A model generated the notes under the pieces. The model searched no databases. It was not told the origin of the DNA and saw only the letters and a list, made by a program, of their open reading frames with translations. 54,756 bases of DNA from a virus (taxonomy: Duplodnaviria; Caudoviricetes), in IMG/VR virus record IMGVR_UViG_3300046716_000023, positions 1-54,756 of that record; one strand, written 5' to 3'. The translations under genes and the position numbers were made by a program. Shown piece after piece: positions 29,409 through 37,841 of the stretch (within the stretch, counting starts at the first letter, position 1; each line of letters opens with the position of its first letter).

Positions 29409-29566
29409 CCGAACACCTTCTTGAACTTGGCCCACTCTTCTGGGGTCGCGACCTTCTTGTACTCATTCGCGTACAGCATGAAGATGTGCCAGATACGCGG
29501 ATAGAGGAATAGGGAGCGCAGCAGGCTCTTGCCGAACTTCTTCCAGAGCGCTCCCTTGTATGTCAC
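29399..29566 (-). CDS. hypothetical protein (55 aa)
   Basis: Translated by hand, VTYKGALWKKFGKSLLRSLFLYPRIW...; fills the gap. Confidence 0.5.
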   Translation of the reverse strand: MTYKGALWKKFGKSLLRSLFLYPRIWHIFMLYANEYKKVATPEEWAKFKKVFGCD

Positions 29567-29567
29567 G

Positions 29568-30122
29568 TTAGGTCGCGATGTCGCCCGGCAGCGGTGCCGG
29601 CTTCGGCGGGATCTTCTTGCCCGGCGTGTTCCACCAGTTGCGCACGTGCTTCTGACCGCGGGTTGCGCCGTACGCGACGCCGATCAGTGAGCCGATGCCC
29701 GTCAGGATGGCCATCACGTCGTCTGCGTACGGGAGTCCCTTGCCGGCGGCCACGTACTGCTGTTGCTGGTGGACCTTGTCCTTCAACTTGTCGGCGTTCG
29801 ACTTGGCGTTCTCGATGCCCATCTTGATCTTGGGCTTGTCGGCGTCCGGGAGGACGACGAGGGACAGGTTGTCGACGTGCTTCGAGTTCTTGTCGATCAG
29901 TTCCGACGGGATGCCCAGGTGGGTGATCTGGGTCAGCGGCGCCGTGGCCTCGACGATCTCGGCCGCGTTCTCCGCGGCGGCGGTGGCCTCGGGTTCCGCG
30001 GTCGGATCCTTGTCGATCGCCATCTGACCGAGCGCCTGGACGGAGTCGAGGTTGGACTTCGCCAGGGCACCGCTCACGCAGGCGCACAGGAGCAACGGGA
30101 AGAGCATCAGCAGGTGTCGCAT
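29568..30122 (-). CDS. lipoprotein with C-terminal TM segment, possible unimolecular spanin
   Basis: MRHLLMLFPLLLCAC lipobox-like signal; VMAILTGIGSLIGVAYGA followed by basic residues. Confidence 0.5.
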   Translation of the reverse strand: MRHLLMLFPLLLCACVSGALAKSNLDSVQALGQMAIDKDPTAEPEATAAAENAAEIVEATAPLTQITHLGIPSELIDKNSKHVDNLSLVVLPDADKPKIKMGIENAKSNADKLKDKVHQQQQYVAAGKGLPYADDVMAILTGIGSLIGVAYGATRGQKHVRNWWNTPGKKIPPKPAPLPGDIAT

Positions 30123-30252
30123 CGTTTCTTTCCTCTCTTTCCTCTCAGGTCCCTCGGCGCAGTTCGTCTTTTACAGATCGAGCATTTGCGCCACGGCACT
30201 CGATCTTGAAGTAGGTACAGCACGATGATCAACGCGCCGTAGGTCTCAGAGC

Positions 30253-30570
30253 TCAATTGACCTTCAGCAACCGCAGGACCTCCACGATCGTGATGATCGC
30301 GGCCGGGATGGCGATGACCACCGTGATCGCCCCACCCCACTTGGACAACTTCTTCTCGATCGTTTCCAGCGCGTTGTCCTGACGCGCCAGATGCTTGTTG
30401 ATGCCCTCGAGCGACTCCTTCATCGCCTTTTCCGTCTGTTGGTGGAGGAGTCGAAAGTCTTCCAAAGCCCTGATCCGCTGTGCATGCACGTTCAGTCGTC
30501 TCTCGTGTGAAGAAACGATACCGAGCTTCGCGTCTACTTCGCGGCTATCCTCGTCGCTCACGTCGGTCAT
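30253..30570 (-). CDS. coiled-coil protein with C-terminal TM helix (holin/XhlA-like)
   Basis: WGGAITVVIAIPAAIITIVEVL hydrophobic helix; GGAAGGA RBS. Confidence 0.55.
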   Translation of the reverse strand: MTDVSDEDSREVDAKLGIVSSHERRLNVHAQRIRALEDFRLLHQQTEKAMKESLEGINKHLARQDNALETIEKKLSKWGGAITVVIAIPAAIITIVEVLRLLKVN

Positions 30571-30580
30571 GGTCCTTCCC

Positions 30581-32053
30581 TTACTTGGGAGCTGCGCCGA
30601 CGCGTTCGCCGACCACCTTGTTGGGATCCTTCGGCGGGACGAGCGCTTCGTCGTCCCCATCCTCTTCCCTGTTCAACTGCTCACGATCGAAGTCCAGGCC
30701 TTCCTCTTCCGCGACCGTGCGACGCGACTTGATCTTGCCCTTCACCATGAGGTCATTCGAGCGGACGATGGAGAACCGGTCGCGGGACTGGACGGCGGGT
30801 CCGGTGACCTTGTACTTCAACGTCGGGTCGAGGAGCTTCGTGGACAGACGTCCGGAGATGATGCCGATGAAGATGATCCGCTTGTAGAGGTCGCGGAGAC
30901 GGGAAGCGTACCACTTCTGCGTCTTCTGGAACATCTTCATGCCAGGCTGCTCGGCCGCGACGAGGGACGCGTAGTTGGAGGAGCTGGCGTTCGCCGAGAA
31001 CAGGAACTCCGGCTGTGAGACGCGGCACGCGCAGGCGCGCAGCAGTGTGTCAATCACCGTGGCGAGCTTGTCCGCGGACTGCGCCGCGATGGGGAAGTGG
31101 TACTTCTGACCAGGCGGGACGTCAAGGATGCTGCCAGCCTGGATCACGCGCTGCCGGATCGACTCACCTGAGGTGGAGTCGCGCGGCGTACGCTGCGCCA
31201 TGTTGTCCGCGAGCTGGGCGATCTTCGAGCCGGTTGTGCCATCGGGGTGCTCGCGAACCACCGCGATGGCGGCCTGGATCTCCGCCATCTTGCGGATCAC
31301 GCGGAGCATCTTCTTCGCACCCTCCAGGGGTTCGACCACGGGGAGGAAGGTCGGGATCCCACGGAGCACGTTGCGGTCGGTGTTCTTCTTGAAGAACGTG
31401 ATCTCTTCGGCCGGGATGATGACTTCCTGACCGGTGCCACCCTGCTTGTAGACGTACCCGATCACCTTCTGCTTGTCGCCGGCGCGGGTCACCATGCCGT
31501 ACTCGAACGCCGGATCGGAGGAGTCGATCTCCTCCGGCTCGATGAAGCGGACGGTGGCGAGGCCGTCCATCTCCATGAAGGTCCGGACGAACGCCTCACC
31601 CTCGCGGTCCGACCGGAGGATGACCTCGTGCTCGACCTCGTCCCACTTCTCCGTCTCGTGGAACTCCTCCCAGTAGTCGTCCGCGGCGGCGATCGCCTTG
31701 GCGAACGTGGAGCGCTGGCGCTTGTCCTGGATCTTGTAGGCGAACCCCGTACCGGCGACGAAGTTCTGGATGTTCTGGTGACCGTTGATCGCGTAGGGGT
31801 TCGTGAACGCGAGCTTCCTGCCGAGCTGACGCCAGTTCGTCAGGGCCGACATGTTGTTGATCGTGCCCGGGATCCCGAGCGGGGAGACGTCCATCCAACC
31901 TTCGAAGCGTTCGGTGGGGTTCACCCACCGATCCATGTACCACTCCCAAGACTCGTAGGCCTTGAGGAGGATCTCCTGCCGCTTGATGAGCGCGGCCTCG
32001 CTGGCCTGCGCGAGACGGTTCACAGCGACGGGGTCGATGGCGATGTCGGTCAC
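30581..32053 (-). CDS. portal protein
   Basis: Follows terL by GTGA; RSDREGEAF, RGIP and SSSNYAS motifs. Confidence 0.9.
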   Translation of the reverse strand: MTDIAIDPVAVNRLAQASEAALIKRQEILLKAYESWEWYMDRWVNPTERFEGWMDVSPLGIPGTINNMSALTNWRQLGRKLAFTNPYAINGHQNIQNFVAGTGFAYKIQDKRQRSTFAKAIAAADDYWEEFHETEKWDEVEHEVILRSDREGEAFVRTFMEMDGLATVRFIEPEEIDSSDPAFEYGMVTRAGDKQKVIGYVYKQGGTGQEVIIPAEEITFFKKNTDRNVLRGIPTFLPVVEPLEGAKKMLRVIRKMAEIQAAIAVVREHPDGTTGSKIAQLADNMAQRTPRDSTSGESIRQRVIQAGSILDVPPGQKYHFPIAAQSADKLATVIDTLLRACACRVSQPEFLFSANASSSNYASLVAAEQPGMKMFQKTQKWYASRLRDLYKRIIFIGIISGRLSTKLLDPTLKYKVTGPAVQSRDRFSIVRSNDLMVKGKIKSRRTVAEEEGLDFDREQLNREEDGDDEALVPPKDPNKVVGERVGAAPK

Positions 32054-33639
32054 GCGACCTCCAGGATCGTGGCGGGGCTTTCGCGGGATCGGTCGTAGTA
32101 GTGGGTCACCCACTCGAAGATGCAGGTCTGCAACATCTCGAGGGCGTCGGGGCCGTCGTCGTGGTCACCGTACCCAGTCTCCATGATCTGCTTCACGAGG
32201 GTCTTCATGTCGCGGGTCTGACGTGCGAACTTGAAGGTTCCCTTGGAGAGCGGGGATCCGAGACGCTCGATGCGCGTGGGCTTCGGGCACGAGTGCTGGA
32301 TCTCGAGGACGGGGAGGGAGATGCCGCGAGCGGTGGACTCGGACTGAAGCTGCTGCGCCATCGTGATCTGGAAGGCGTTCGACTCGAAGGCGCAGAAGAC
32401 GTAGTTCCGACGTGCGTGCATGTTCAGGATGCGCGGGATGATCTCCGCATGCGGGATACGCTGGACGATCCCGTCGATGTAGTAGTGCCGATTGCCCGGC
32501 TTCCAGAAGCCCTCGAGGATTGCAACGAAGTCACCCTTCTTCGCGTCGTTGCCTGTGCTCGGGTCGACAGCGAGGAACGGGTAGGCGCCATGCGGGATGG
32601 TGTCGTACCAGATGTCGTAGGCGTCGGTAAACCACATCTCGTCGAACACCGCGTGCGCGGGGTTCATCGGCGAGTTCTGCTTCTCCGCCATGAAGGCGCC
32701 GTGACCACCTTCGGCGCGCATCACCATCAGGTCGTAGAGGGACTCACGCTCGGGCCACAGGACGACTGCGCCCTCGTTGAGCTCTTCCTCGTACTTCTCG
32801 TAGTACGACCTAGCGACGCTCGGGTCGTCGAAGTAGAACTTTTCCCATTCCTCCCAGCTCGGTTGGTAAGGTTGACCCTCGCCTGTTGCGACCATGCGGA
32901 GCGGCCACACGACGATCGACTGGAACCGACGGTGTTCCCAACCCGGTCGTTCCAGTAGTCCCGCCATAAGGCAAGCAGAGTTGATCAGGGTGCCGTTCAC
33001 GAAGAAGTTCGTTCCCGGCTGGCCCGCCTTGAGAACACCAGCATCCAGCCACTGGCGAATCCTCTCTCGGACGATCGGAGAGCGAGCACCCTCGTCGTTC
33101 TCGGGGTCGTCGATCATCACCACGGTGGGGCGTGACTCTTCGTGGCGACGACCGCGGACCTTCTTGCCGGCACCCAGGGCATCGATGCGGACGTTGTTCC
33201 GCGTGATGATGCTCTCTTTGCTCCACAGTGAGGAACCCTTGCCAACGACGTGCGGGTAGTCCTCGGCGAGCAGCTCGTTGGTCTCGAGCTCTTCCTTGAC
33301 GTGAGAGAGGTGCTGGGCGGACTGGGAGAACGTGTCAGCGCCCGTGACGATGTACCGCTCTAGACCTTCGCAGGTCCACCAGAGCGGAGCGGCGAAGGAG
33401 CAGATCGTGGACTTGGCGCTGCCTCGGGGACCGGCGATCGCGGATTTGACGTTCCGCGTGAAGGTCGCGACTTGGAGGTGCTGGATCAATTCCTTGTGGA
33501 ACATCGAGGGCGGAGCGGTGAAGTAGTGGCCGAGGTACTTCTTGATGAAGGTCTCGAGGGTGATGTTCCCTCCGCGCAGACCCCGAGCCATCGCCTTGAA
33601 GAAGTGCTGCTGGACCTGCTGGCTGGTGGCGAGTCTCAC
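32050..33639 (-). CDS. terL: terminase large subunit
   Basis: GPRGSAKST Walker A, VMIDDPE Walker B, nuclease motifs AVDPS and HDDGPDAL. Confidence 0.95.
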   Translation of the reverse strand: MRLATSQQVQQHFFKAMARGLRGGNITLETFIKKYLGHYFTAPPSMFHKELIQHLQVATFTRNVKSAIAGPRGSAKSTICSFAAPLWWTCEGLERYIVTGADTFSQSAQHLSHVKEELETNELLAEDYPHVVGKGSSLWSKESIITRNNVRIDALGAGKKVRGRRHEESRPTVVMIDDPENDEGARSPIVRERIRQWLDAGVLKAGQPGTNFFVNGTLINSACLMAGLLERPGWEHRRFQSIVVWPLRMVATGEGQPYQPSWEEWEKFYFDDPSVARSYYEKYEEELNEGAVVLWPERESLYDLMVMRAEGGHGAFMAEKQNSPMNPAHAVFDEMWFTDAYDIWYDTIPHGAYPFLAVDPSTGNDAKKGDFVAILEGFWKPGNRHYYIDGIVQRIPHAEIIPRILNMHARRNYVFCAFESNAFQITMAQQLQSESTARGISLPVLEIQHSCPKPTRIERLGSPLSKGTFKFARQTRDMKTLVKQIMETGYGDHDDGPDALEMLQTCIFEWVTHYYDRSRESPATILEVA

Positions 33640-34286
33640 TTCGAGGTCACCGCATCGACTTGCGCACGGAGCGGTTCACCGGTCAGGCGGGCCGCGATCC
33701 GGTCGACGATCATCTTGCCGTCGGGGTGGTCGTGCAGTTCCTCCCGGACCACGTTGATGAAGCGCTCCGCGATGGCGGCCATCTCCTCGAAGGTGATGGA
33801 CTGATCCTTGGCGTCGATCCAACCAGCGCGAGCCTTGAGCCCGAAGATGACGAGGGCGGGGTGGATCCCGGCTTCCTGGGTCATCGCCTCGTCTTCGAAG
33901 AACGAGGCCTGGTAGTCCTTGACGAGCTGGTCGATCTCCGCGTCCCGGCGCCGCAGCTTGAAGAGCGTGGCGGTCGAGATGTTGATCACCTCGCACAGGG
34001 CTGGGAGCGAGAGCTTCGACTGGGCTGAGAGGAGGAAGCAGAGCTCCCCGCGGACGTTGTGGCTCGTGGCGTTCCCGGAACCCCGACCGTGGGAGGTGTT
34101 CTCCATGATCGCGAGCAGGTCCGCGGCTTGAAGCTTTTTCGGATCTTTGCGGTAATCCGAAAGGAGCTGCTGAGCCTCGCGCTTGAGTTCCGCCAGACGA
34201 GTCTTCCGTCCCTCGAGAAGCGCAAGCTTCGCGTTGGAGTTCGCGCTCTGGATCACAGGACTCGCCGCGCCGCCTTGTCCAGCCAT
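33636..34286 (-). CDS. terS: terminase small subunit
   Basis: Upstream of terL; HTH (LCEVINISTATLFKLR) and ALVIFGLKARAGW. Confidence 0.8.
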   Translation of the reverse strand: MAGQGGAASPVIQSANSNAKLALLEGRKTRLAELKREAQQLLSDYRKDPKKLQAADLLAIMENTSHGRGSGNATSHNVRGELCFLLSAQSKLSLPALCEVINISTATLFKLRRRDAEIDQLVKDYQASFFEDEAMTQEAGIHPALVIFGLKARAGWIDAKDQSITFEEMAAIAERFINVVREELHDHPDGKMIVDRIAARLTGEPLRAQVDAVTSK

Positions 34287-34307
34287 TTGTCCCTTCCGAA
34301 GCCCAGT

Positions 34308-34594
34308 CGTAGCGAGCTCGTAGCGAGTTCGCTACGAGCCTCTCTACTACTACTACTCTACCCCGAAACACTCGCTACGTGATCGAACGAAGTTTCTGGG
34401 CGAGCTCGCTACGAGTTCGCTACGAGTTCGCTGCGTAACGTACCGTACACGGTACGAAGAAGTCAAGAGTGACTTTTCCCTCTCTCTCTATTAGAGACAA
34501 TTCTACTTATAAACTATGGGAAATAAAGGACAAGAAAACATATCTCTCTTCTTCTTTCTATCTTCCGGCGCGAACTCGCTACGAGCTCGCTACG
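34308..34594. repeat. cluster of TCGCTACG repeats (8 exact, 1 with one mismatch), tandem copies at 11-bp period
   Basis: Reverse at 34308 and 34319; forward at 34329, 34372, 34406, 34417, 34576, 34587; TCGCTGCG at 34428. Confidence 0.9.
34481..34555 (-). promoter_or_regulatory. probable leftward promoter, copy A of a duplicated element
   Basis: Shares TCTCTCTCTAT, TTCTACT and TGGGAAATAAAGGACA at identical spacing with 48439-48490; TAGAAT on the minus strand. Confidence 0.55.
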
Positions 34595-34639
34595 CGGAGC
34601 TCGGGCCTCAAACCTCTGAAATTTCCTATAAAATTTTGA

Positions 34640-34721
34640 CACCGAGCACCCCGACCAACTCATCAAATTTACACCCTTTGTCTGTCCACGCACACCGACC
34701 ACCGCGCACCGAGCACCCCGA
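34640..34721. repeat. 15-bp direct repeat CACCGAGCACCCCGA
   Basis: Copies at 34640-34654 and 34707-34721. Confidence 0.85.
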
Positions 34722-34851
34722 TGTACCCGCCAATACCGAGACGGTCAAAGGGCATTCTAGAGGCTATATGTCACATCTATCTTTTAGGTACCATATGTCT
34801 CCTAATGATGGCTCTTCGAATGAGATCCATCATGAGGAGTTGGAGGCTACA

Positions 34852-35028
34852 ATGGGTGAGCTGCTGAGTATGGTCATGACTAGCTGGTATGCAGTAGTGT
34901 GCTGCATGTGTCATAAGACCTTGGAGCTGAAGACTACAGAGGAGGAGCACATGAGGATGAACACCTCTCACACCTACTGTGAGGGGTGCCAGGAGATCAT
35001 GCTGGAACAGATCAAGGAGATGAAGTAA
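34852..35028 (+). CDS. small Zn-finger protein (CCMC...SHTYCEGC)
   Basis: GGAGG RBS; first gene of the rightward block. Confidence 0.65.
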   Translation: MGELLSMVMTSWYAVVCCMCHKTLELKTTEEEHMRMNTSHTYCEGCQEIMLEQIKEMK

Positions 35029-35029
35029 G

Positions 35030-35311
35030 ATGCTACCAGGCAAGCACAACAAGTGTACTAAGACATGGTACATGATCCTCATGTGGGACAAGGACAGGAA
35101 CATCTACATGTGGTGTTCCAATGAGAGATGGAAGGATGTAGACTGGTCCAAGCCTAGTGTATGGACCAAGGGTGAGGTAGCTCGAGAGTGGAGCAGGGTC
35201 AATCGTAGTCTGGACAGATATGGAGATCATGAGTTCAGGCTCATCAATCTCCATGAGTGTGGTGAGCCAGAGCTGATCATACAGATGGTGATCAATAGAC
35301 ATGGGGACTAA
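35030..35311 (+). CDS. hypothetical early protein
   Basis: Abuts the previous gene; Trp-rich. Confidence 0.6.
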   Translation: MLPGKHNKCTKTWYMILMWDKDRNIYMWCSNERWKDVDWSKPSVWTKGEVAREWSRVNRSLDRYGDHEFRLINLHECGEPELIIQMVINRHGD

Positions 35312-35373
35312 CAACAGTCCTACCATGCATCTCAAGAGGGGAGCTTGGCTCCCAGAGGAAGGAGGTGATATAC

Positions 35374-35565
35374 ATGTACAGAGTAAAGTGTCAGTCCAGT
35401 GATGGAACTGATCTCTACTACCTGGACTTCGTGCTTGGTAAGCCCATAGCGCTCAAGCTTGAAGCGAAGGACCAGATCAAGCCTATGTGCGAAGAGTACG
35501 CTGATGAGTACATCAGCATGCTCGTCGGCCCAGAAGGCATGGTCCTGGTGAAGGAAGAAGCGTAG
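35374..35565 (+). CDS. hypothetical early protein
   Basis: AAGGAGGTGA RBS. Confidence 0.7.
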   Translation: MYRVKCQSSDGTDLYYLDFVLGKPIALKLEAKDQIKPMCEEYADEYISMLVGPEGMVLVKEEA

Positions 35566-35876
35566 TGGGTCTGCTCACCCACACGTGGAGTAGCGGAGAT
35601 ACTGTCGTACCACAACCGGAGAAGCAGCGCGCCGACCAACCAATAGACGCTGCGCAACTAGTACGTTCTGCACACAGTGCAGAAAGGATGAGAATGGCCA
35701 AGGTGTATCAGTTCAGGGAACTCGATAAGGACGGAGTCGTGCTCCGCTTCGTGTTCGACCTGGATCGCCGCGAGGCGGTCAAACGCTACTGGGAGTCCAC
35801 CGCATTCACGGTCCAGATGCTCGCCCACAGGCGGGTCATCGCGGAGCGCTCGTGGAAAGGAGTGATGTCATACTGA
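35565..35876 (+). CDS. hypothetical protein (true start may be a downstream ATG)
   Basis: ORF in the chain. Confidence 0.5.
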   Translation: MGLLTHTWSSGDTVVPQPEKQRADQPIDAAQLVRSAHSAERMRMAKVYQFRELDKDGVVLRFVFDLDRREAVKRYWESTAFTVQMLAHRRVIAERSWKGVMSY

Positions 35877-36082
35877 CGATCTTCTGCTACGCGAACGAGA
35901 TCGAGTTCCGAGAGGAGCTCGATCTCATCGCTGCGAACAAGGACCATCACATGTGGTTCAACCCGGAGGAACTCGAGGAGAACTGGGTTGAAGCACTGGA
36001 AGCTGCGGACTTGGTCTACAGCTACTTCGTGGCGCTGGACATGAACATGAACGTGGTGCGAGAGCACACAAGGAGGGACTAG
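35852..36082 (+). CDS. acidic hypothetical protein
   Basis: ORF in the chain; E/D-rich. Confidence 0.55.
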   Translation: MERSDVILTIFCYANEIEFREELDLIAANKDHHMWFNPEELEENWVEALEAADLVYSYFVALDMNMNVVREHTRRD

Positions 36083-36083
36083 C

Positions 36084-36404
36084 ATGCTGCTCTGGCTCAA
36101 GAAGCTCCTCAAGCCCAAGTGGCTTCTCGAGGAGGTGTGCGATGAGTGCTACGAGCGCCACTATTGTGGTGGCTGCGGACGTGGCATCGACTGCTTCGCT
36201 GGCTACTTCTACACGTACGCGGGAGCTGAGAAGGCTGCGCGTGAGTGGGTCGAACAGCAGCGTGGTGAGGACACGGACACCGAATACGAGGTGATCGTGA
36301 CCAAGCGTCCCGAGAACATCATCGTGTCGTTGCGATACGACACCAAGACCAAGAGCGGTGAGTGCACGATGTCCGCTCTCATCAGCGAAAGGAGATACTG
36401 GTAA
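36084..36404 (+). CDS. hypothetical protein (CxxC...CxxC)
   Basis: AGGAG RBS. Confidence 0.65.
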   Translation: MLLWLKKLLKPKWLLEEVCDECYERHYCGGCGRGIDCFAGYFYTYAGAEKAAREWVEQQRGEDTDTEYEVIVTKRPENIIVSLRYDTKTKSGECTMSALISERRYW

Positions 36405-36799
36405 TGTTCGTACACTTCCAGACCCATCACTGGGGTCTCGGATGCTGGACCAGCGGCTGGAGATGCGAGACTGAGGAAGAAGCGATGCGTCGCTTCGATC
36501 TCGTGACTCGACACCCGAGCGGCTGGTATCAGTACGACTGCTACGAGCTGAAGAAGTCCGGCAAGGACGACATCAGTCTCGCGGGTGAGATCTACGTGGT
36601 GAAGTGGTATCAGCGGAGACTGCCGCAGTACTGCACACCGCCCGAGAAGCTGTGGACCCACTTCGCAACCCACGTTCCGCGTGGAGCGAGGTGGAACAGG
36701 CACTACCGAGCGTGGGTGGACCACGACGGACACTACTACTGGCCGGTCAAGCTGACGATCGTCAGGCACTTGGCCTCAACGTGGAAGGAGCGTGAATGA
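36404..36799 (+). CDS. hypothetical protein, aromatic-rich
   Basis: TAATG coupling and AAGGAG RBS. Confidence 0.65.
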   Translation: MFVHFQTHHWGLGCWTSGWRCETEEEAMRRFDLVTRHPSGWYQYDCYELKKSGKDDISLAGEIYVVKWYQRRLPQYCTPPEKLWTHFATHVPRGARWNRHYRAWVDHDGHYYWPVKLTIVRHLASTWKERE

Positions 36800-37173
36800 G
36801 CATCAAGCACAGCTGGCCCGAGCGTCTCATCGAGACGATCGTGGACGGCAAGGTGGTCGAGAGCCACGTGGCTCCCGCAGAAGAGAAGTGGTCGAACTAC
36901 GATCTCGAATTCGTGGTCGACCAGACAAAGTGGGACGAGAACCGACAGGCGGACTCGGACACCGATGCTGACGAAGAGTTCGACTTCCCCACGACCGTCG
37001 AGGTCAAGGAAGACGGCTTCAATCAGCAGATCCCGTGGGGTGCGAGTGGCACTCAGATGGAGATCTACGAGAAGGTCGAGGACATGCTGAAGGAATGGCT
37101 GAACCTCGTCCTCAACAACGACTGCAAGGACCGCAAGGTGCGGTTCATCATCTCCGTCACTGAGGCGGAGTAG
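36796..37173 (+). CDS. acidic hypothetical protein
   Basis: ATGA coupling and AAGGAG RBS. Confidence 0.7.
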   Translation: MSIKHSWPERLIETIVDGKVVESHVAPAEEKWSNYDLEFVVDQTKWDENRQADSDTDADEEFDFPTTVEVKEDGFNQQIPWGASGTQMEIYEKVEDMLKEWLNLVLNNDCKDRKVRFIISVTEAE

Positions 37174-37185
37174 TCCCTTTCTCTC

Positions 37186-37214
37186 CGACCTGAGCATGTC
37201 AATAAACTGCTCAG
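37186..37214 (+). ncRNA. intergenic 29-nt repeat, copy 1 (predicted H-type pseudoknot)
   Basis: CGACCTGAGCATGTCAATAAACTGCTCAG. Confidence 0.65.
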
Positions 37215-37227
37215 AAAGACTCTAGCT

Positions 37228-37521
37228 ATGGGCGACACTCAGAAGAACACCGAGGGCAATCTCCCGGGCGTGATCGACACGCACGAGGTGACCCTTAAGA
37301 TCCGGGTCCCGAACAAGCCGAACATGACGGCGGACGGACTCACGGAGTTCCCCTGCACCGCGGTGTTGGTCTACTCGAACGGGACGCGCGTCGTGCTGCC
37401 GATCAGGCAGGCGAAGCCGTCCAAGGCGTCGGGCAAGCTCAACGCGTGGGGCGGTGGGAAGATGGCTCTCGAGGACAACACGCAGGTGATCGTCGGGATC
37501 AACCTGACGGTCATGGAGTAG
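37228..37521 (+). CDS. small beta-rich protein, paralog 1 of 38610-38963
   Basis: 64/80 identical residues over the shared C-terminal domain. Confidence 0.85.
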   Translation: MGDTQKNTEGNLPGVIDTHEVTLKIRVPNKPNMTADGLTEFPCTAVLVYSNGTRVVLPIRQAKPSKASGKLNAWGGGKMALEDNTQVIVGINLTVME

Positions 37522-37548
37522 TAGCTGCTCGCTCGGTTCTCAACTCTT

Positions 37549-37577
37549 CGACCTGGGCATGTCAATAAACTGCCCAA
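37549..37577 (+). ncRNA. intergenic repeat, copy 2
   Basis: CGACCTGGGCATGTCAATAAACTGCCCAA; compensatory A-U to G-C change relative to copy 1. Confidence 0.65.
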
Positions 37578-37587
37578 GGAGTTTCTC

Positions 37588-37791
37588 ATGTTGCAGATCA
37601 AGCTCGCCGCGAAGGTCATCAAAGCGTCCGACCCGTTCGCCAAGGGTCCGGAGTACGTCATCCTCGAGATCGCGTCGAGGGATCTCACGGCGGAAGAGGG
37701 AATGTTCCTCGAGACGATCTTCCCGAACACGAACAAGATCATCGAGCAGGCGCTGAACACCGAAGCGGTGATCAGCGCGATCCGTCAGTAG
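37588..37791 (+). CDS. hypothetical protein
   Basis: AAGGAG RBS directly after the repeat. Confidence 0.7.
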   Translation: MLQIKLAAKVIKASDPFAKGPEYVILEIASRDLTAEEGMFLETIFPNTNKIIEQALNTEAVISAIRQ

Positions 37792-37802
37792 TCTGAACCC
37801 TT

Positions 37803-37831
37803 CGACCTGGGCATGTCAATAAACTGCCCAG
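37803..37831 (+). ncRNA. intergenic repeat, copy 3
   Basis: CGACCTGGGCATGTCAATAAACTGCCCAG. Confidence 0.65.
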
Positions 37832-37841
37832 AAAGGTGCGC

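Noticed and set aside
14449-29504. Long plus-strand ORFs (602, 644, 522, 532 and 568 aa)
   Set aside because: They are antisense shadows of GC3-biased structural genes with no motifs; the same applies to 42846-44561 and 45607-47517.
30128-30146. A fourth TTCCT array
   Set aside because: Only two units at 9-bp spacing, explainable as a purine-rich RBS of the lipoprotein gene.
34516-34851. N-terminal 112 codons of the 170-aa ORF
   Set aside because: It runs through repeats and promoter-like DNA; the RBS supports a start at 34852.
37186-37831. CRISPR array or minus-strand promoters (each repeat contains TTGACA on the minus strand)
   Set aside because: The spacers are whole genes of 225-335 bp, no cas operon is present, and no -10 hexamer lies 17 bp from any TTGACA.
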